From contig LT649246.1 in NCBI GenBank assembly GCA_900128395.1, forward strand, positions 1-64,000: 64,000 bases of DNA, given 5' to 3'. Position 1 is the first letter of the stretch. Each line of letters begins with the position of its first letter. Below are positions 23,865 to 35,944 of this stretch, one piece after another. A program made the translations under genes and the position numbers. Origin of the DNA: Stramenopiles sp. TOSAG23-2. Taxonomy: Eukaryota. The notes under the pieces were generated by a model. That model made no database searches. It was given only the letters and a program-made list of their open reading frames with translations, and was not told where the DNA came from.

Positions 23865-25061
23865 TCATAATTTAGATTGTTGATTTTCTTGTTGCAAGCC
23901 GGGCAAGGTATAATCATATTTTGTTGGATTGTATGGTATATGTTCCTTCATCAACTTTTGAAAAAATTGTAATTGAAAAGTTTTAATAGCTTCGTTGTAA
24001 CTAGATCTTTCTTTCAATTGTATCCAATATTGTTTTACATACGGGCGTGATTTAAATATAATATTTCCATATTGTAAATCTACCAAACGATTTAAATTTG
24101 CTGTCCATGTTACATCAGCCAATGTATATTTCTCACCACATAGAAAATAAATATTATTTGGTTGTTGTTGTTGTTGTTGTGTCATTAAATGTGTTTCCAT
24201 CTCATCTAAAACGGACGATACTGCTTGAAATGCACGCCTTGTAATTTCGATTGGTAATCCTCTATCAAACCAACGTTTAAAAAACCGCGATAAAACACGC
24301 ATTGGTGATGGATGACGGGGAATGGCCCAAAATAATTCCAACAAGTTTACTTTATTAGCGCTTGCACCAACTGTACATGGTTGACTTAAAATACCTATAG
24401 CTAATCCAACATATTCATTTAATTCATCTTCACTTATTCCAGTCGATCCTAATGATCCACGCTTACACCAATAATCACATAATTCACGCGATTTTACATC
24501 AAGTGGTCTTAATCGTGGTGTATCTCCATCATTTACACGTAAATGTTCATCGATAAATTCTATAATTTCATGAGATTCTAAAACAGGCATTCCTTTATAA
24601 ACTAAAGCTGGTACTGTTCCATTAGGATTTATCTTTAAAAATTCATCTGTTAAATTACCATAAACACCTTCCTCTGATAGTTTAATAATATTTGATTTAT
24701 ATTTAATATTCAATTCACTTAAACATAATCGGACTTTTTCTGAACACAATGATTCCCCCCAATGATATAATTCAACATCATTTGTAAAATCAACTTTGAT
24801 CTGTATTTCATTGTATTATTATATACGTGTTTTTTTATTATATATATATTTTTATGATGTACATGGTTAGACATAAATTTATATGGTAGATAAAGTATAA
24901 AATGAGTATATGATAGACGACTAACTTACATCATGTTGTGGACCTGATTTGATATGATTATTTGCATTTGCTTGTTTGTTTGCAGCCCATGCTACAGTAA
25001 GCGTCGGGACAGCAAGTATTGTTGCTATTGTTGCAGAGATGGTTGTCGTAGCTGATGGCAT
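23865..25061 (-). CDS. Glutathione S-transferase, GDAP1-like; exons 25061-24930 and 24800-23865
   Basis: LYHWGESLCSEKVRL, INPNGTVPAL, ES..IIEFID, LCGEKYTLADV; an in-frame phase-0 intron joins a 44-codon first exon; ends in SKL. Confidence 0.85.
24801..24929 (-). other. Spliceosomal intron (129 nt, GT-AG)
   Basis: Donor GAT|GTAAGT at 24929, acceptor TACAG|ATC at 24801; splicing keeps the frame. Confidence 0.8.
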
Positions 25062-25587
25062 TTTGTTATTATTATTATTATAAAAATAAATTTGAAATAT
25101 TACAAATAATATTCCTAAATTTATTAAATTGCTTATATATACACCAGAAATTTTTTGAACTATTTATCTATATTCTTCCGCTTTAAATATATATAGAAAC
25201 ATATATCTACATATATATACAAAATAAAAAGAGTTATCAGATGAGACGACGATACCGACAGACCGAGAGTCACCGGTCATTCTCTGGACATCACCATCAT
25301 ATAGATCTTCCTGGTCCAAATCTATATAAAAAACTGCAAAATGGGATATATATACTTTTTCAGGCGATACGCAATCCATGCTGCTATTCCCATGCTAAGT
25401 ATCAAAAAAATTGACAACTGTGCTCGCTATAGCCAGCTTAAGCTAGCTAGAGCTAGCTAGCTAGCTCTAGTTGTGGGTTTACATGATGTTGTACAAATAA
25501 TACAAAATAAAAGATCTCTTATATTTTTTTATAAATAATCTGCTTTCACACCACATCAACATCATCATCTTGTTCAAAATCTATTGT

Positions 25588-26989
25588 TCAAAATCTATTG
25601 TTCAAATATTCCTGTTGAAATTGAACGATAAATTTTTGACATACCTTATAAATATTTAAAAGTTTTAATCGTTCTTCTTTTGTTCCACTTTGCAATGTAT
25701 TACCAGAGTAAAGACAAAATTTGTGATTCACCGAACTTGAAAATTTCCATATGCTCTCTTTGACAATATCTTCAAGTTTTTCATTATCGATGATATTATT
25801 ATTATTATTACTACTACTACTACTTCCACCTACAAGAATACTATTGTTATTTCCCATTTTCAGTCTGTAATAATTACATGTTTCTTGTATCATTTTTGGT
25901 ATGCAATGAAAATCTACACCAGAAAGTGGTATATCCACTATCCTGACTTGTAATTTTTGTAATGCAATTAAATGAACAGAATTTTTTAAATATATATTTT
26001 CAATTAATTCATACCAAGTTGTATGCATATATTGGGTTCCATTATTACTTCGACTAAAAACTTTAGATACAGATGATACTGCATTTTTATCATCATTATT
26101 AGCGTTTATACCATTTTCATCATTTAAAAATCTTAAATACCATATATATGCATAATGTCGTAACATCCACATATCACCACGCATACCACCAAATCGAATA
26201 CGACATAATATGGATCGTATGATTGTTTTGTGATAATTAGATTTCAAATTTTCCTCGATTTGCATAGTTCCAAAATTTTTAACTAAATCCTCACGTTCGG
26301 TAGAAAAATCTTCATCTGGTGGGAATGGATCTCTACAATTCCCTTTTGCAATTTCCCATACAATTTGTAAGAAAAATCTTATATGAGTATTATTGATAAT
26401 AAAATCTTTTGAATCAGCAACCATGAACCAAATTAAAATATGAATATGTGGATGTAAAATGGCATCTTCCAAGATAATAATTGGGATGCGTCTAATAAAA
26501 TCTGTAAAGCTAATATTAATTAATTGCAATGCACATCGAACAGCTTGCTCAGGACGACAACGACGTATGTTCTTTTGCAATGCACTTTTAATAACAGAAA
26601 TAGATATTGCTTTATTGCAATATGTACTAGGTATAAATTTTGATGCAGACTGTATATTTGTTTCTAACAGGAAGATACCTTCCTTCATTAACGTTTTGTC
26701 ATTTAATTTACATTTAGGTTTTTTGAAATTTGCACCTTCTTTTTTTTTCAATTCAACATATTCAACATCATTTTTATCTAACCATATACATGCTGCTTTC
26801 ATATCAATTTTAGATATCTGATTCAAATCATTTGAAAAATTTAGATAGAAAACTTCACTTCGTCTTTTTTTCTTTGCATTTTCCATCATCGTGTTAAAAG
26901 CATTATTTTTTTTATTGTTGTTGGTAGTACTAGTAGTAGTACTACTACTACTACTACTACTGGTTGCAATGATTTTATTGTTGTTATTT

Positions 26990-27024
<35 letters not shown>

Positions 27025-27285
27025 GTTACAATTGTTGGGATTTTCTCTCTTCTTATTACTAGAAGGTACACTAAAATGGACTCGATTGACATGATCTTGC
27101 AATGCAATAAGTGGAATTGATGCAGAGCAGATTGGACATTCCCCGTATTTTCTCTGAGGAATATTTTTATTATTTGAATTTGATTTTCTTTTTTTACTTT
27201 TATTTAACAATATTGAAAAGGCATTGTTATTATTATTATTATCAGTGGCATTACGTTTCTTCTTCTTATTATTTATGGAGTTCAT
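25588..27285 (-). CDS. UBZ zinc finger + MgsA/WRNIP1 C-terminal-like domain protein
   Basis: ECPICSASIPLIALQDHVNRVH; KSALQKNIRR...IRRIPIIILED; no Walker A/B seen. Start at 27285 or 27351. Confidence 0.6.
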
Positions 27286-27752
27286 ATTGGTAACATTTCC
27301 TTTTACAATATGTATATAATACGTCCAAACAACTTCTTTTATTGCTTTCATACATAATTTCTGAAGATTATTTCTCTCTGTGAATTTCTATTTCTATTTT
27401 TTGAAATGAAAATTAGTGTGCACGTGTGTTGTTTTTTTTATTTATGTTTGTTGTTGCTTATTATTATTATTATTATTTTTTTTTTTTATTATTTTTTTTT
27501 TTTTTAGTAGTCTGGTAGTCCTGGTAGTGTGTGCTGTGTGCTGCTAAATAGTTTTTTTTATGATGGGAGGTCAAATTAAAATAATAATCATCATCGCGAA
27601 TTTACCTGGTAGAATCATTTATCAAAGTGCACAAGTTATAAAAAGATATGTGTAAAATTTACTCTCTCTCTACACGCACCTTTTTTATAAATTTTTTATT
27701 TTTTCAAATTCTTGCATCAACAGTACACACACAAGCACACACAAAACTCTTT

Positions 27753-29162
27753 TTAATCCAAATATCCAAATTTTCGTTGACGTTTAATCTCTTTATTAAA
27801 TTTATAATAAAGACCACCAAATAATATCAACATGAAAATTGTTAAAAACATAAACCATTTGAAACTACTACCACCACCACTTTTTAAGTGTTCTTTGACT
27901 AAATCTTTCACCGTATTTTCTGTATGTTCCATCATATCAGTATGTAAATCGGCATGAACATCTAATTTAATAGATTCACTATGGATTTCAAAATGACTCT
28001 CCAATTCTTGCAGTCTTTGCTCTACGTTGTCTGATAATATACTACCTATTTCCTGTAACCGTTCCTCCAAATGTATTTTCAATTCTTTTACAACATCTCC
28101 AATCTTATCATCTTCCATTGTTTTCACACGACCTTCTGTTTTATCCTCTTGATCTTTCAGTTTTCCTATTAATTTTTTCATCTCATCTCTCATATGCGAT
28201 AGTTTGTGATCAAAATCATGTTTTATATCATTAACTAAAGCTCCAGTTTTAGAATCGCTTTTTTTAATTAATTTCCTTAACGCAGCTTCAGGATCGTAAT
28301 CTTCATGATCTGGATTTTCCATCGGTAACATTGGTGATTCTGCTGCTTTTGTATGATGTAACTCTGGATTTGGTGCTTCTTGATCACTAAGCTCAAGTTC
28401 ATATGCATTAAATGATAAAACATCATGATTATCAGCTAATTGACCAGTGGTTGCACTTAAACCATAGAAAGAACGTCGTATGTCAAACGTTTCAGGCAAA
28501 ACATTTTGAGCACTAAAGCAATGTTTAAATTTTCCATCACCAGTTTGATCTACTGCTACAGTTAACACTTTATTTTTGAAGGTAATCTTTAAATGGCTCA
28601 TACTTTCTGCTGCTTTAAAGTTATCAGCACCTTCATAATATCGAAAATTAGCATCACAACCAGCACGTTCCGTATTCAAGCGCGTGGATGCATCATCACC
28701 TTTACCCATTAAGACACTAATGTCTTTGTGCACATGGGCTGTCTCAGTATTTTTAAATGTATCTAAAATAACTGCAAAACCATTGAATTTACTATCGATC
28801 CCAAAAAGATTACCAGCCCTATAAGATCCCATATCCGTGAACCAAAATACTAAACCGTCTCCAAAAAGTGTACGTCCTTGTCCACTAACACGAAAACCTA
28901 ATACAACACTCCAATTATCAACATTAACATGCTTGCTTCCCCACACATAACCTTGTTTGCTTTGCCTATCAGCTGTTAAACGAATGAAATGTTCTTTCAA
29001 TTCTGTATGACCACCAGAACGGAAAGTACCAATTTGCCTTGCACCATTAGTATCAAATTTTGTAAATGGTGCTGCAAAAGTATTATCCACCAAACGATGC
29101 CATGCATGCACAGCTTGAAATACGTTTAAAAAAATCAATATGTTGATAATTAAATTCATCAT
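27753..29162 (-). CDS. L-type (legume-like) lectin, ERGIC-53/VIP36 family cargo receptor
   Basis: Signal peptide; IRLTADRQSKQG, GDGLVFW, LDTFKN, GLSATTGQLADNHDV; coiled coil; C-terminal TM and short basic tail. Confidence 0.88.
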   Translation of the reverse strand: MMNLIINILIFLNVFQAVHAWHRLVDNTFAAPFTKFDTNGARQIGTFRSGGHTELKEHFIRLTADRQSKQGYVWGSKHVNVDNWSVVLGFRVSGQGRTLFGDGLVFWFTDMGSYRAGNLFGIDSKFNGFAVILDTFKNTETAHVHKDISVLMGKGDDASTRLNTERAGCDANFRYYEGADNFKAAESMSHLKITFKNKVLTVAVDQTGDGKFKHCFSAQNVLPETFDIRRSFYGLSATTGQLADNHDVLSFNAYELELSDQEAPNPELHHTKAAESPMLPMENPDHEDYDPEAALRKLIKKSDSKTGALVNDIKHDFDHKLSHMRDEMKKLIGKLKDQEDKTEGRVKTMEDDKIGDVVKELKIHLEERLQEIGSILSDNVEQRLQELESHFEIHSESIKLDVHADLHTDMMEHTENTVKDLVKEHLKSGGGSSFKWFMFLTIFMLILFGGLYYKFNKEIKRQRKFGYLD

Positions 29163-29715
29163 GTTGTAAAAATAAGTTCAATTTGTATATAGAGAGAATA
29201 CAAACACACACACATGCACAAAGAGAAAATGTTTTTGTTAATTGAATATATTGAAATCAATTTGTTACCTTCATCATCTTAATAATTCATTTTTTTGTTC
29301 TAAAAGAGGTAAGTTTGATAACAAACAACAAAAAAAATGTGGTGGTGGTGGTGATTGTTCATAGGGAATCATCGAATAATGCTGTACTTGTTATTATACT
29401 AGAATTAGTAGTGTCTATCTAATGTCATTTTACATTTTACTCTTTTTCTCAAATACATTAGAGTACATATTTTTACACACAGAATTTACTTTTACACACG
29501 AATTGTATCATCACCATCATTATTGCTGATACCTTCCATCGTCATTTCAATATTATTGATGTTCATATCTTTATCCTCCTCCTCCTCCTCTTCCTCATCA
29601 TCATCATCGTCTATTTTTTCAAATGATTTAAATAAATTCAACCATCTCATACTACATAAATACGATATTGTATCTTTCATTTGATATAAAATAAATATCA
29701 ACAGATACGTGTTTA

Positions 29716-30456
29716 ATGGGAATAGATGGAGATACAAAAGTATTGGAAACAGTTGAAGGACCGAGTGATGCCGATTTATTTATACATAAATTAAATGTAA
29801 AGTATTTTAAAGATAGTACATGTACCACTGAACATGGGGGATTAGGGTATGATGGTGCATCAGTACGTGAAGGTTTATGTTACAAAGGAACAGATCATAT
29901 CGAAGCAAATATACAATCGTATCGATACACAATTACATCGGATAATATGTTGATGGAATCACGATTTGATGACTCGATAAATTGTACCGGATACAATCCA
30001 TCTCGACATTATTTCACATATAGTACTTTGACATATAAACGTGATGGTGTCACACGTAATGATAGTACTGACCCGAAATATCCAAATCCAAGAGTAGTAG
30101 ATACATTTACTGATGATGGAGAGAAAGGAATTTCACAAGAATGTCTATATGTATGTCCAAAACCATACATTAACACGTTTGGTGAAGAAGCATGTCCAAC
30201 CAATGCCTCATATTATGTTACCTGGACAGTGGATACTAAATTTCAAGGTAAAACAACAGATTTAACAAGCTTTTTCATGGTTTTACTGTATATCGGATTA
30301 GTACCATTTGGTACGATGATTATATTCTGGGGCCCAGTTACTGCAATGAGACGATCAAAAAATCCAAAGATTAAAAAGGTAACTGTAGTGCAAGTTACAC
30401 CTGCACGTGGATTTGATGGTGTTGCAACTGCACCAAGGAAAAAAGCAAAAATTTAA
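29716..30456 (+). CDS. Hypothetical Cys-containing single-pass membrane protein (5' end may be incomplete)
   Basis: 246-aa ORF with extracellular-type Cys spacing, a C-terminal TM and a basic tail. Confidence 0.6.
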   Translation: MGIDGDTKVLETVEGPSDADLFIHKLNVKYFKDSTCTTEHGGLGYDGASVREGLCYKGTDHIEANIQSYRYTITSDNMLMESRFDDSINCTGYNPSRHYFTYSTLTYKRDGVTRNDSTDPKYPNPRVVDTFTDDGEKGISQECLYVCPKPYINTFGEEACPTNASYYVTWTVDTKFQGKTTDLTSFFMVLLYIGLVPFGTMIIFWGPVTAMRRSKNPKIKKVTVVQVTPARGFDGVATAPRKKAKI

Positions 30457-30765
30457 ATGCATGGTGATGTGCTCGTGACGACAGTGGATAGGTAGGCATA
30501 AATGAAAATTTTGGGAAAATCTTTCTTTAACTTTTCTTTGGCAACCTTTGCACCTTTGTACTTGAGTTGCTTGAGGTTGCTTGAATTAAATTAAAATCCT
30601 CCTGGTAAAAATTCCTAATGTTAAACATTGCGGGGTTGGTTTGACCCATATAAATTAAAAAATAACTTAACTGCGTAAACTTAAATTACTTCGTATATAT
30701 TAAATATACACTACATTATATTTTACGTACGTATATGTTTATAAACAATTATATATACAGAATCT

Positions 30766-31716
30766 CTACAATTTGTTACGAGCAAAATTGAAAATATTTG
30801 CAAAGGTCATCGATTTGACAGACATTTCTAAACATGCCTTACCTTCATTATTGACTAATGAATAATATCCTATACCAGCAATTTCACTTTTTTTTTGCCC
30901 AAACCAAAGTTCAAGTCCATCGCTCCAATGTGCTGGACGTTTAAATTCGACAATATATTCAATTGAATCAATTGTACTATTTGTTGCACTTGCAATTTGA
31001 AAGATATGCTCAAAGATTATATTTAAACCTTGTGTGCCAGCCCATATTGGAGCTTTATAACCTGCTTGCCTCGCCTTTTCAGGATCATGGTGTATCGGAT
31101 TAGTTCCAGTAAAATCTTGACAAAAATTAACACACATCATAGGAGTCAATTGCTTCCTACTTATAAATGCTTTATTGTGTTTTGGATTCGTACGTGCCTT
31201 TTTCTTCCTATTTGCTGTATCGTTACTAGAGGAAGATGTGCTAGCTTCGTTTGTAATGTTCACGCCTTCACGATTAACATGAGCCACTTTTACATTGTTT
31301 GAATCATAAATTTCGAATGAATTTGTAGTTAACGTCCCTAAACGGTGCGTCTCCACAATGGTACGGCCAGTTGGTTTGATGAATAGTTCTTCATCACATA
31401 AAATAGGTCTTGATATAACAACATGTTCAGACTTATGAACACTGCCACCTTTTGGCGAGGTACGTTTTTCTTTCTTCGTTTTTTTCTTTCTCAACAAGCC
31501 ATTTAGAGAACCTTTTGATATGAAGGAAGTGAACCATGTTGGATCAATAAATTTCTTTTGGAATGATTTAGGGTCCACACAATTTACAGTATGAAAATCA
31601 AATTGTGCTTTAGGTGGTACCGACGATAATAACCATGGTCCTTCTTCCCCATTTTTAGGTTCGTATCTTTCAATTTTAAATGGTGTACATGTTACATTTG
31701 GATAGATTGGCGCCAT
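30766..31716 (-). CDS. MaoC-like (double hot-dog) dehydratase
   Basis: TGTNPIHHDPEKARQAGYKAPIWAG hydratase-2-like motif, VEFKRP; ends in NKL. ATG at 31716. Confidence 0.7.
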   Translation of the reverse strand: MAPIYPNVTCTPFKIERYEPKNGEEGPWLLSSVPPKAQFDFHTVNCVDPKSFQKKFIDPTWFTSFISKGSLNGLLRKKKTKKEKRTSPKGGSVHKSEHVVISRPILCDEELFIKPTGRTIVETHRLGTLTTNSFEIYDSNNVKVAHVNREGVNITNEASTSSSSNDTANRKKKARTNPKHNKAFISRKQLTPMMCVNFCQDFTGTNPIHHDPEKARQAGYKAPIWAGTQGLNIIFEHIFQIASATNSTIDSIEYIVEFKRPAHWSDGLELWFGQKKSEIAGIGYYSLVNNEGKACLEMSVKSMTFANIFNFARNKL

Positions 31717-31995
31717 CTTCTTCCACTTTAAGATATAAATATGCAAAAATGTTTTTAAAAATGATCTCTAGTGGTATCGATAGACAACTATATATACAGT
31801 ATATATATGTAAAGACAACAAAATGTTATATGAGAAATTACCATGTTACATTTGGATAGATTGGCGCCATCTTCTTCCACTTTAAGATATAAATATGCAA
31901 AAATGTTTTTAAAAATGATCTCTAGTGGTATCGATAGACAACTATATATACAGTATATATATGTAAAGACAACAAAATGTTATATGAGAAATTAC
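31688..31995. repeat. Tandem duplication, 2 x 154 bp, identical, including the MaoC start codon
   Basis: 31688-31841 = 31842-31995. Confidence 0.95.
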
Positions 31996-32154
31996 GACGT
32001 GGTATAAATGTATAGTTTAGAATACTAAATATTGTACTTAAATATATCCTATTATATTTTAGGATTTACGTTTTCGGGTCTAAATATTAGACGGTGTGGA
32101 TCTTAAAAAAAAATCTCTTCATCATGTTGTATCTCTCTCTCTCTCTCTCTCTCT

Positions 32155-32456
32155 CTACACTCCAGGAACCGGCCCACCATTTAAATCTTGAATACGCTTT
32201 GTATTACCATCTGCTTGTACCATCATCGGTACTTTTTTGTAATCAACATATAAAGGAACTTTACTATGTTTATCCTTTAATGTATCGACATATACATGTT
32301 TCATAATATTGCCAGAATTAAAACCACTTACACTGTTTAATTTTGTAAACATATCGTCTTCTGCATTTTTTAAATACTACATGCAAATAAAACAATCGAT
32401 GTAATAAATACTACACAAAAACCACATCCAAATATTTTCTTCTGCTTCGTATCCAT
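32155..32456 (-). pseudogene. Short broken gene: N-terminal TM joined out of frame to a C-terminal fragment
   Basis: MDTKQKKIFGCGFCVVFITSIVLFACSI* (stop 32370-32372), then in another frame LKNAEDDMFTKLNSVSGF...GV*. Confidence 0.4.
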
Positions 32457-33103
32457 ATTCTTTGTATATCTTTACTTTTCGTTATATTCTGAATGTTATT
32501 ATAAATAGTTTCTCTACGTACATATACACATCAGTAAATATTGTTTATTAGTTTTACAAAAATGTGTACAATCTTAATCTTTAGTTCATTCATTTTTGTA
32601 TATTAGTTGTATACAAATTGTAATTATAAAATTCGATCATCATTTCGGATACATCGCGATATCATTGCAACCATAGCTACCTGTTATTTTTTACTAATGG
32701 TGTGTGCCTGTAATATATATTTTAAGGGGATTAGTGGTAGTAAAGTATTCGATCTAGATCTCGATCAAAAATCATACAGGACATATACCGCAACCGCCAA
32801 CACAGTGTTTTTACATACTGTACCTGGTAGCTAAAATTGTAAATTATTTTTTACAGACACGGATTTTTAACAAGTAATGTTGGTCCAAGCTACCACTGGT
32901 GGTAATGCTGTGTGCCTACTAATTATTTATACGCATACATATATACTCTGTACCGCTTCTTAAGCTTACTTGTATACTTGTATAACACCACAGTATATAT
33001 TTTATCATAACTTCAATAACAACAAAACAAAATTTAAAGCAATATTAATATATATAGATATAATAATATACAATCGACGAATCGAAAACAAAAAAATCTA
33101 AAA

Positions 33104-35944
33104 ATGAAAACTAGAGTTGAAATTACTGGATTACAAAGCAACCAGGCAATCAACGGATCTCGTGGAAATCGCGAGAGGTACGATGCGAAAAAAGATCGTT
33201 ACATAGTTGTACTTGATTCAAATGATGATGATAGTGATGATGAATCTCTAAAAAGAAGAGTATCAATTCGCCCACGCAATCTAACTATACTGCCACCTGA
33301 TTTTGGTAAAGTATGTAAACAGGAAGAAATTACAAGTGCCCTACACGCTTTGCATCTTGTGAAGCATTGGAAGAAAATATTTTCTTTCTTAGATTTAGAC
33401 AAGAAATTTTTATGTCACGAACTATCTTGTTTGTGCAAAGCATATCGTGATGCACTCAAGCAACCACATAATGAATTAAAACCTGAGCCAGCATACAAGT
33501 GGGTTGTTGTTCCTTCCGAACGTTTTCCAAATTTATTCACCGCGATAGAATATTTTAATGAGCGTGCAGGGGATAATCGTTTTATACAAAACACGTTTCA
33601 TGAAATTCGATTGAAACCAGGAATACATACGTTCACTGATGCTGCGATGACTGCAAAACCTGTCCTTGCTCCTTTTACAATCTTAAGATCTAATTTTAAG
33701 ATTCAAGGTTATGGAAAAGATGTTACAATTATTAAGTGCAAGGCATTTATGATTCATAGATATGCAACTGGAATTATACTAAAGGACTTAAGTATGGACG
33801 TAGAGCAAACTTTACCAATTACGGATATACACAACAACGGCATATCGCCATTTTGGGATTGTAATTCTTTGTGGATGAATAACATACCTGAAAAGAGTCG
33901 CAAAGCTAAAATTATGGAATTGAAAAGTAAAAACATTGATACATGTCACTTTGGTGAAAAAAAAATTAAATTTAAAAATACGCTTGATTCAAAAGAATTT
34001 CCAATTACTATTCAAAGTTGTGATATCCCAGAGTCACGTGTTTCCGTTCGTATATCCAATAATGCCGGCACAGGCACCATGCTAAATAAAGCGTGTTTAT
34101 TAGGTTTTCCAAATGCCACACGCAATTTGTTGGAAGCAGGAGCGGATATCAATTTACCAATAAATAGAATGTCAAAGATATTAAATGGAAGGCCATTGAA
34201 ACAATGTTTATTCATAAATGGCGAAATAGAGTCTGAATATGGTGATTCTGTATTTGCTGAAAAATTAGCAACATTGGATGCTCTGTTACAACATCTCGCG
34301 TTAGATATCAATGTTAGAGAAACAAGCATTGTTGGTCCCGCTTTACCACCGTTAATGCTCTTATTACAAAGTAGTGGCAGAGGACCAAAAGGAGGGCCGT
34401 TACGTACACAATTTAAGCATAATCCTTGGCGATCCAAGTATGAAAGATTTGCCCGCCAAGCTGCATTAAAAATGTTGGAACACCCTTTACTTGATATTGA
34501 ATATTTTGACCCTATCTGTTCTGCCGATTACGTTCGCACGGCATGTTATCACAATGCCCCAGTTGTTTTACAAAAATTGTTAGATCAAGGAGCAGATCCA
34601 AATAATGTTGATGTTGATAATATAACACCATTGTTTTATTGTTTAACAAATCAATACTTTGAATGTGCAAAGATCCTAGCAAAGAGTAAACGACATAAAA
34701 AACACGTCATAAACATAGTTAATCACGTAGGTGGTAATTGTGAAAAAAATGCAATACGTCAGGGTGCGACAGAACAACAACTGGCAATTGGTATGGGCTA
34801 TGGTCATACCGTTTTAACATGGGCATCCCTTTATTTAAGAAATGATCAAAATGATTTATTTGAATTGATCTGTAAAATTCCTGGTATTGATCTAGATAAA
34901 CCGACAGAATGGAGACAAAATATGCAAAAAAGTTCTCCACTAGAAATGGCTGCTGGTTCTGGTAATTACGGGAGGGTAAAAACGCTTATTAAATATGGAG
35001 CAAATTTAGATAGCATGCTTGCTACAGTTGCACAGTGTTGTATGACAGGTGATTTGCGGATGATTCGCGAAGTAATCGGTTGTATAGGCATTGAGGTATT
35101 GAATACCTATAGAACCCATAATTCATTGTTTCCGCTCTGGGTTGCTAGCCAAAATAATTTTTCACATATTGTTAAATATCTATTGGAACAAGGTGATGCT
35201 AATATTAATGACAGTAATTGTCATGGAACAACATCATTGATGATTGCAGTACAATATGGTAATATTGATGTCGTTGAAATCTTATTGAAACATGGTGCAA
35301 ATGTGAATCACATAAAAAGGAAAGATAGCTCTACGGCATTAACAGTTGCTGCCTTTTACGGTCACCCAACTATTCTTCAAATGTTATTAAAAGCTGGGGC
35401 AAACGCAAATGCACAAGATGAAGATGGTTGGACATCGCTATTTTTAGCATGTACAAAGAATTTTCTTAAATGTGCAAATCTATTACTGAAAGATAAAAAA
35501 ACCGATATTAATTTGCCTACATATGATAGCGACATTCGGGCTGGCGGTAGATATTCACCACTTTGTGCATGTGTCATGCAAGGAAATTACAACATGGTAA
35601 AATTATTGCTAGATTTCGGAGCGAATGGTGATTTCACAAGTAAAAGTGGTAGCACACCGATGTCAATTTCACAATGGGGACAACAGCCGAATATTTCCCA
35701 GTTGGGACGCGAACAACCACACAATCCATTTCATTACAAACGTATTGAAGCATTGTTACGGTGCAAAGGCTTTAAAAAAGTAGGTACCCCACCAGCATTG
35801 AGGTTTGGTACTATAATTCCATTCACAGAAGGTGGCGTTGGCGCAACTGCGATTAACGAGGCGTGGGATGCTAATGGCAGGGCAACAGAAACCATAATTG
35901 GTGGTGATCAATATAAAGAGGGCTCACACGAGAAAAGAGCTTGA
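33104..35944 (+). CDS. Ankyrin-repeat protein with a possible F-box-like segment
   Basis: Multiple ankyrin repeats (TSLMIAVQYGNIDVVEILLKHGANVN, TALTVAAFYGH); N-terminal VEITGLQS...NG...RY...IRPRNL module; WKKIFSFLD...LCKAYR. Confidence 0.85.
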   Translation: MKTRVEITGLQSNQAINGSRGNRERYDAKKDRYIVVLDSNDDDSDDESLKRRVSIRPRNLTILPPDFGKVCKQEEITSALHALHLVKHWKKIFSFLDLDKKFLCHELSCLCKAYRDALKQPHNELKPEPAYKWVVVPSERFPNLFTAIEYFNERAGDNRFIQNTFHEIRLKPGIHTFTDAAMTAKPVLAPFTILRSNFKIQGYGKDVTIIKCKAFMIHRYATGIILKDLSMDVEQTLPITDIHNNGISPFWDCNSLWMNNIPEKSRKAKIMELKSKNIDTCHFGEKKIKFKNTLDSKEFPITIQSCDIPESRVSVRISNNAGTGTMLNKACLLGFPNATRNLLEAGADINLPINRMSKILNGRPLKQCLFINGEIESEYGDSVFAEKLATLDALLQHLALDINVRETSIVGPALPPLMLLLQSSGRGPKGGPLRTQFKHNPWRSKYERFARQAALKMLEHPLLDIEYFDPICSADYVRTACYHNAPVVLQKLLDQGADPNNVDVDNITPLFYCLTNQYFECAKILAKSKRHKKHVINIVNHVGGNCEKNAIRQGATEQQLAIGMGYGHTVLTWASLYLRNDQNDLFELICKIPGIDLDKPTEWRQNMQKSSPLEMAAGSGNYGRVKTLIKYGANLDSMLATVAQCCMTGDLRMIREVIGCIGIEVLNTYRTHNSLFPLWVASQNNFSHIVKYLLEQGDANINDSNCHGTTSLMIAVQYGNIDVVEILLKHGANVNHIKRKDSSTALTVAAFYGHPTILQMLLKAGANANAQDEDGWTSLFLACTKNFLKCANLLLKDKKTDINLPTYDSDIRAGGRYSPLCACVMQGNYNMVKLLLDFGANGDFTSKSGSTPMSISQWGQQPNISQLGREQPHNPFHYKRIEALLRCKGFKKVGTPPALRFGTIIPFTEGGVGATAINEAWDANGRATETIIGGDQYKEGSHEKRA

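Noticed and set aside
25430-25470. AGCT/CTAG palindromic run and other microsatellites ((CA)n ~4331, (CT)n ~32133, (TA)n ~43890)
   Set aside because: Ordinary slippage repeats.
29492-29737. Minus-strand acidic 81-aa ORF
   Set aside because: Explained by TCC/TCA trinucleotide runs; overlaps the start of the plus-strand gene.
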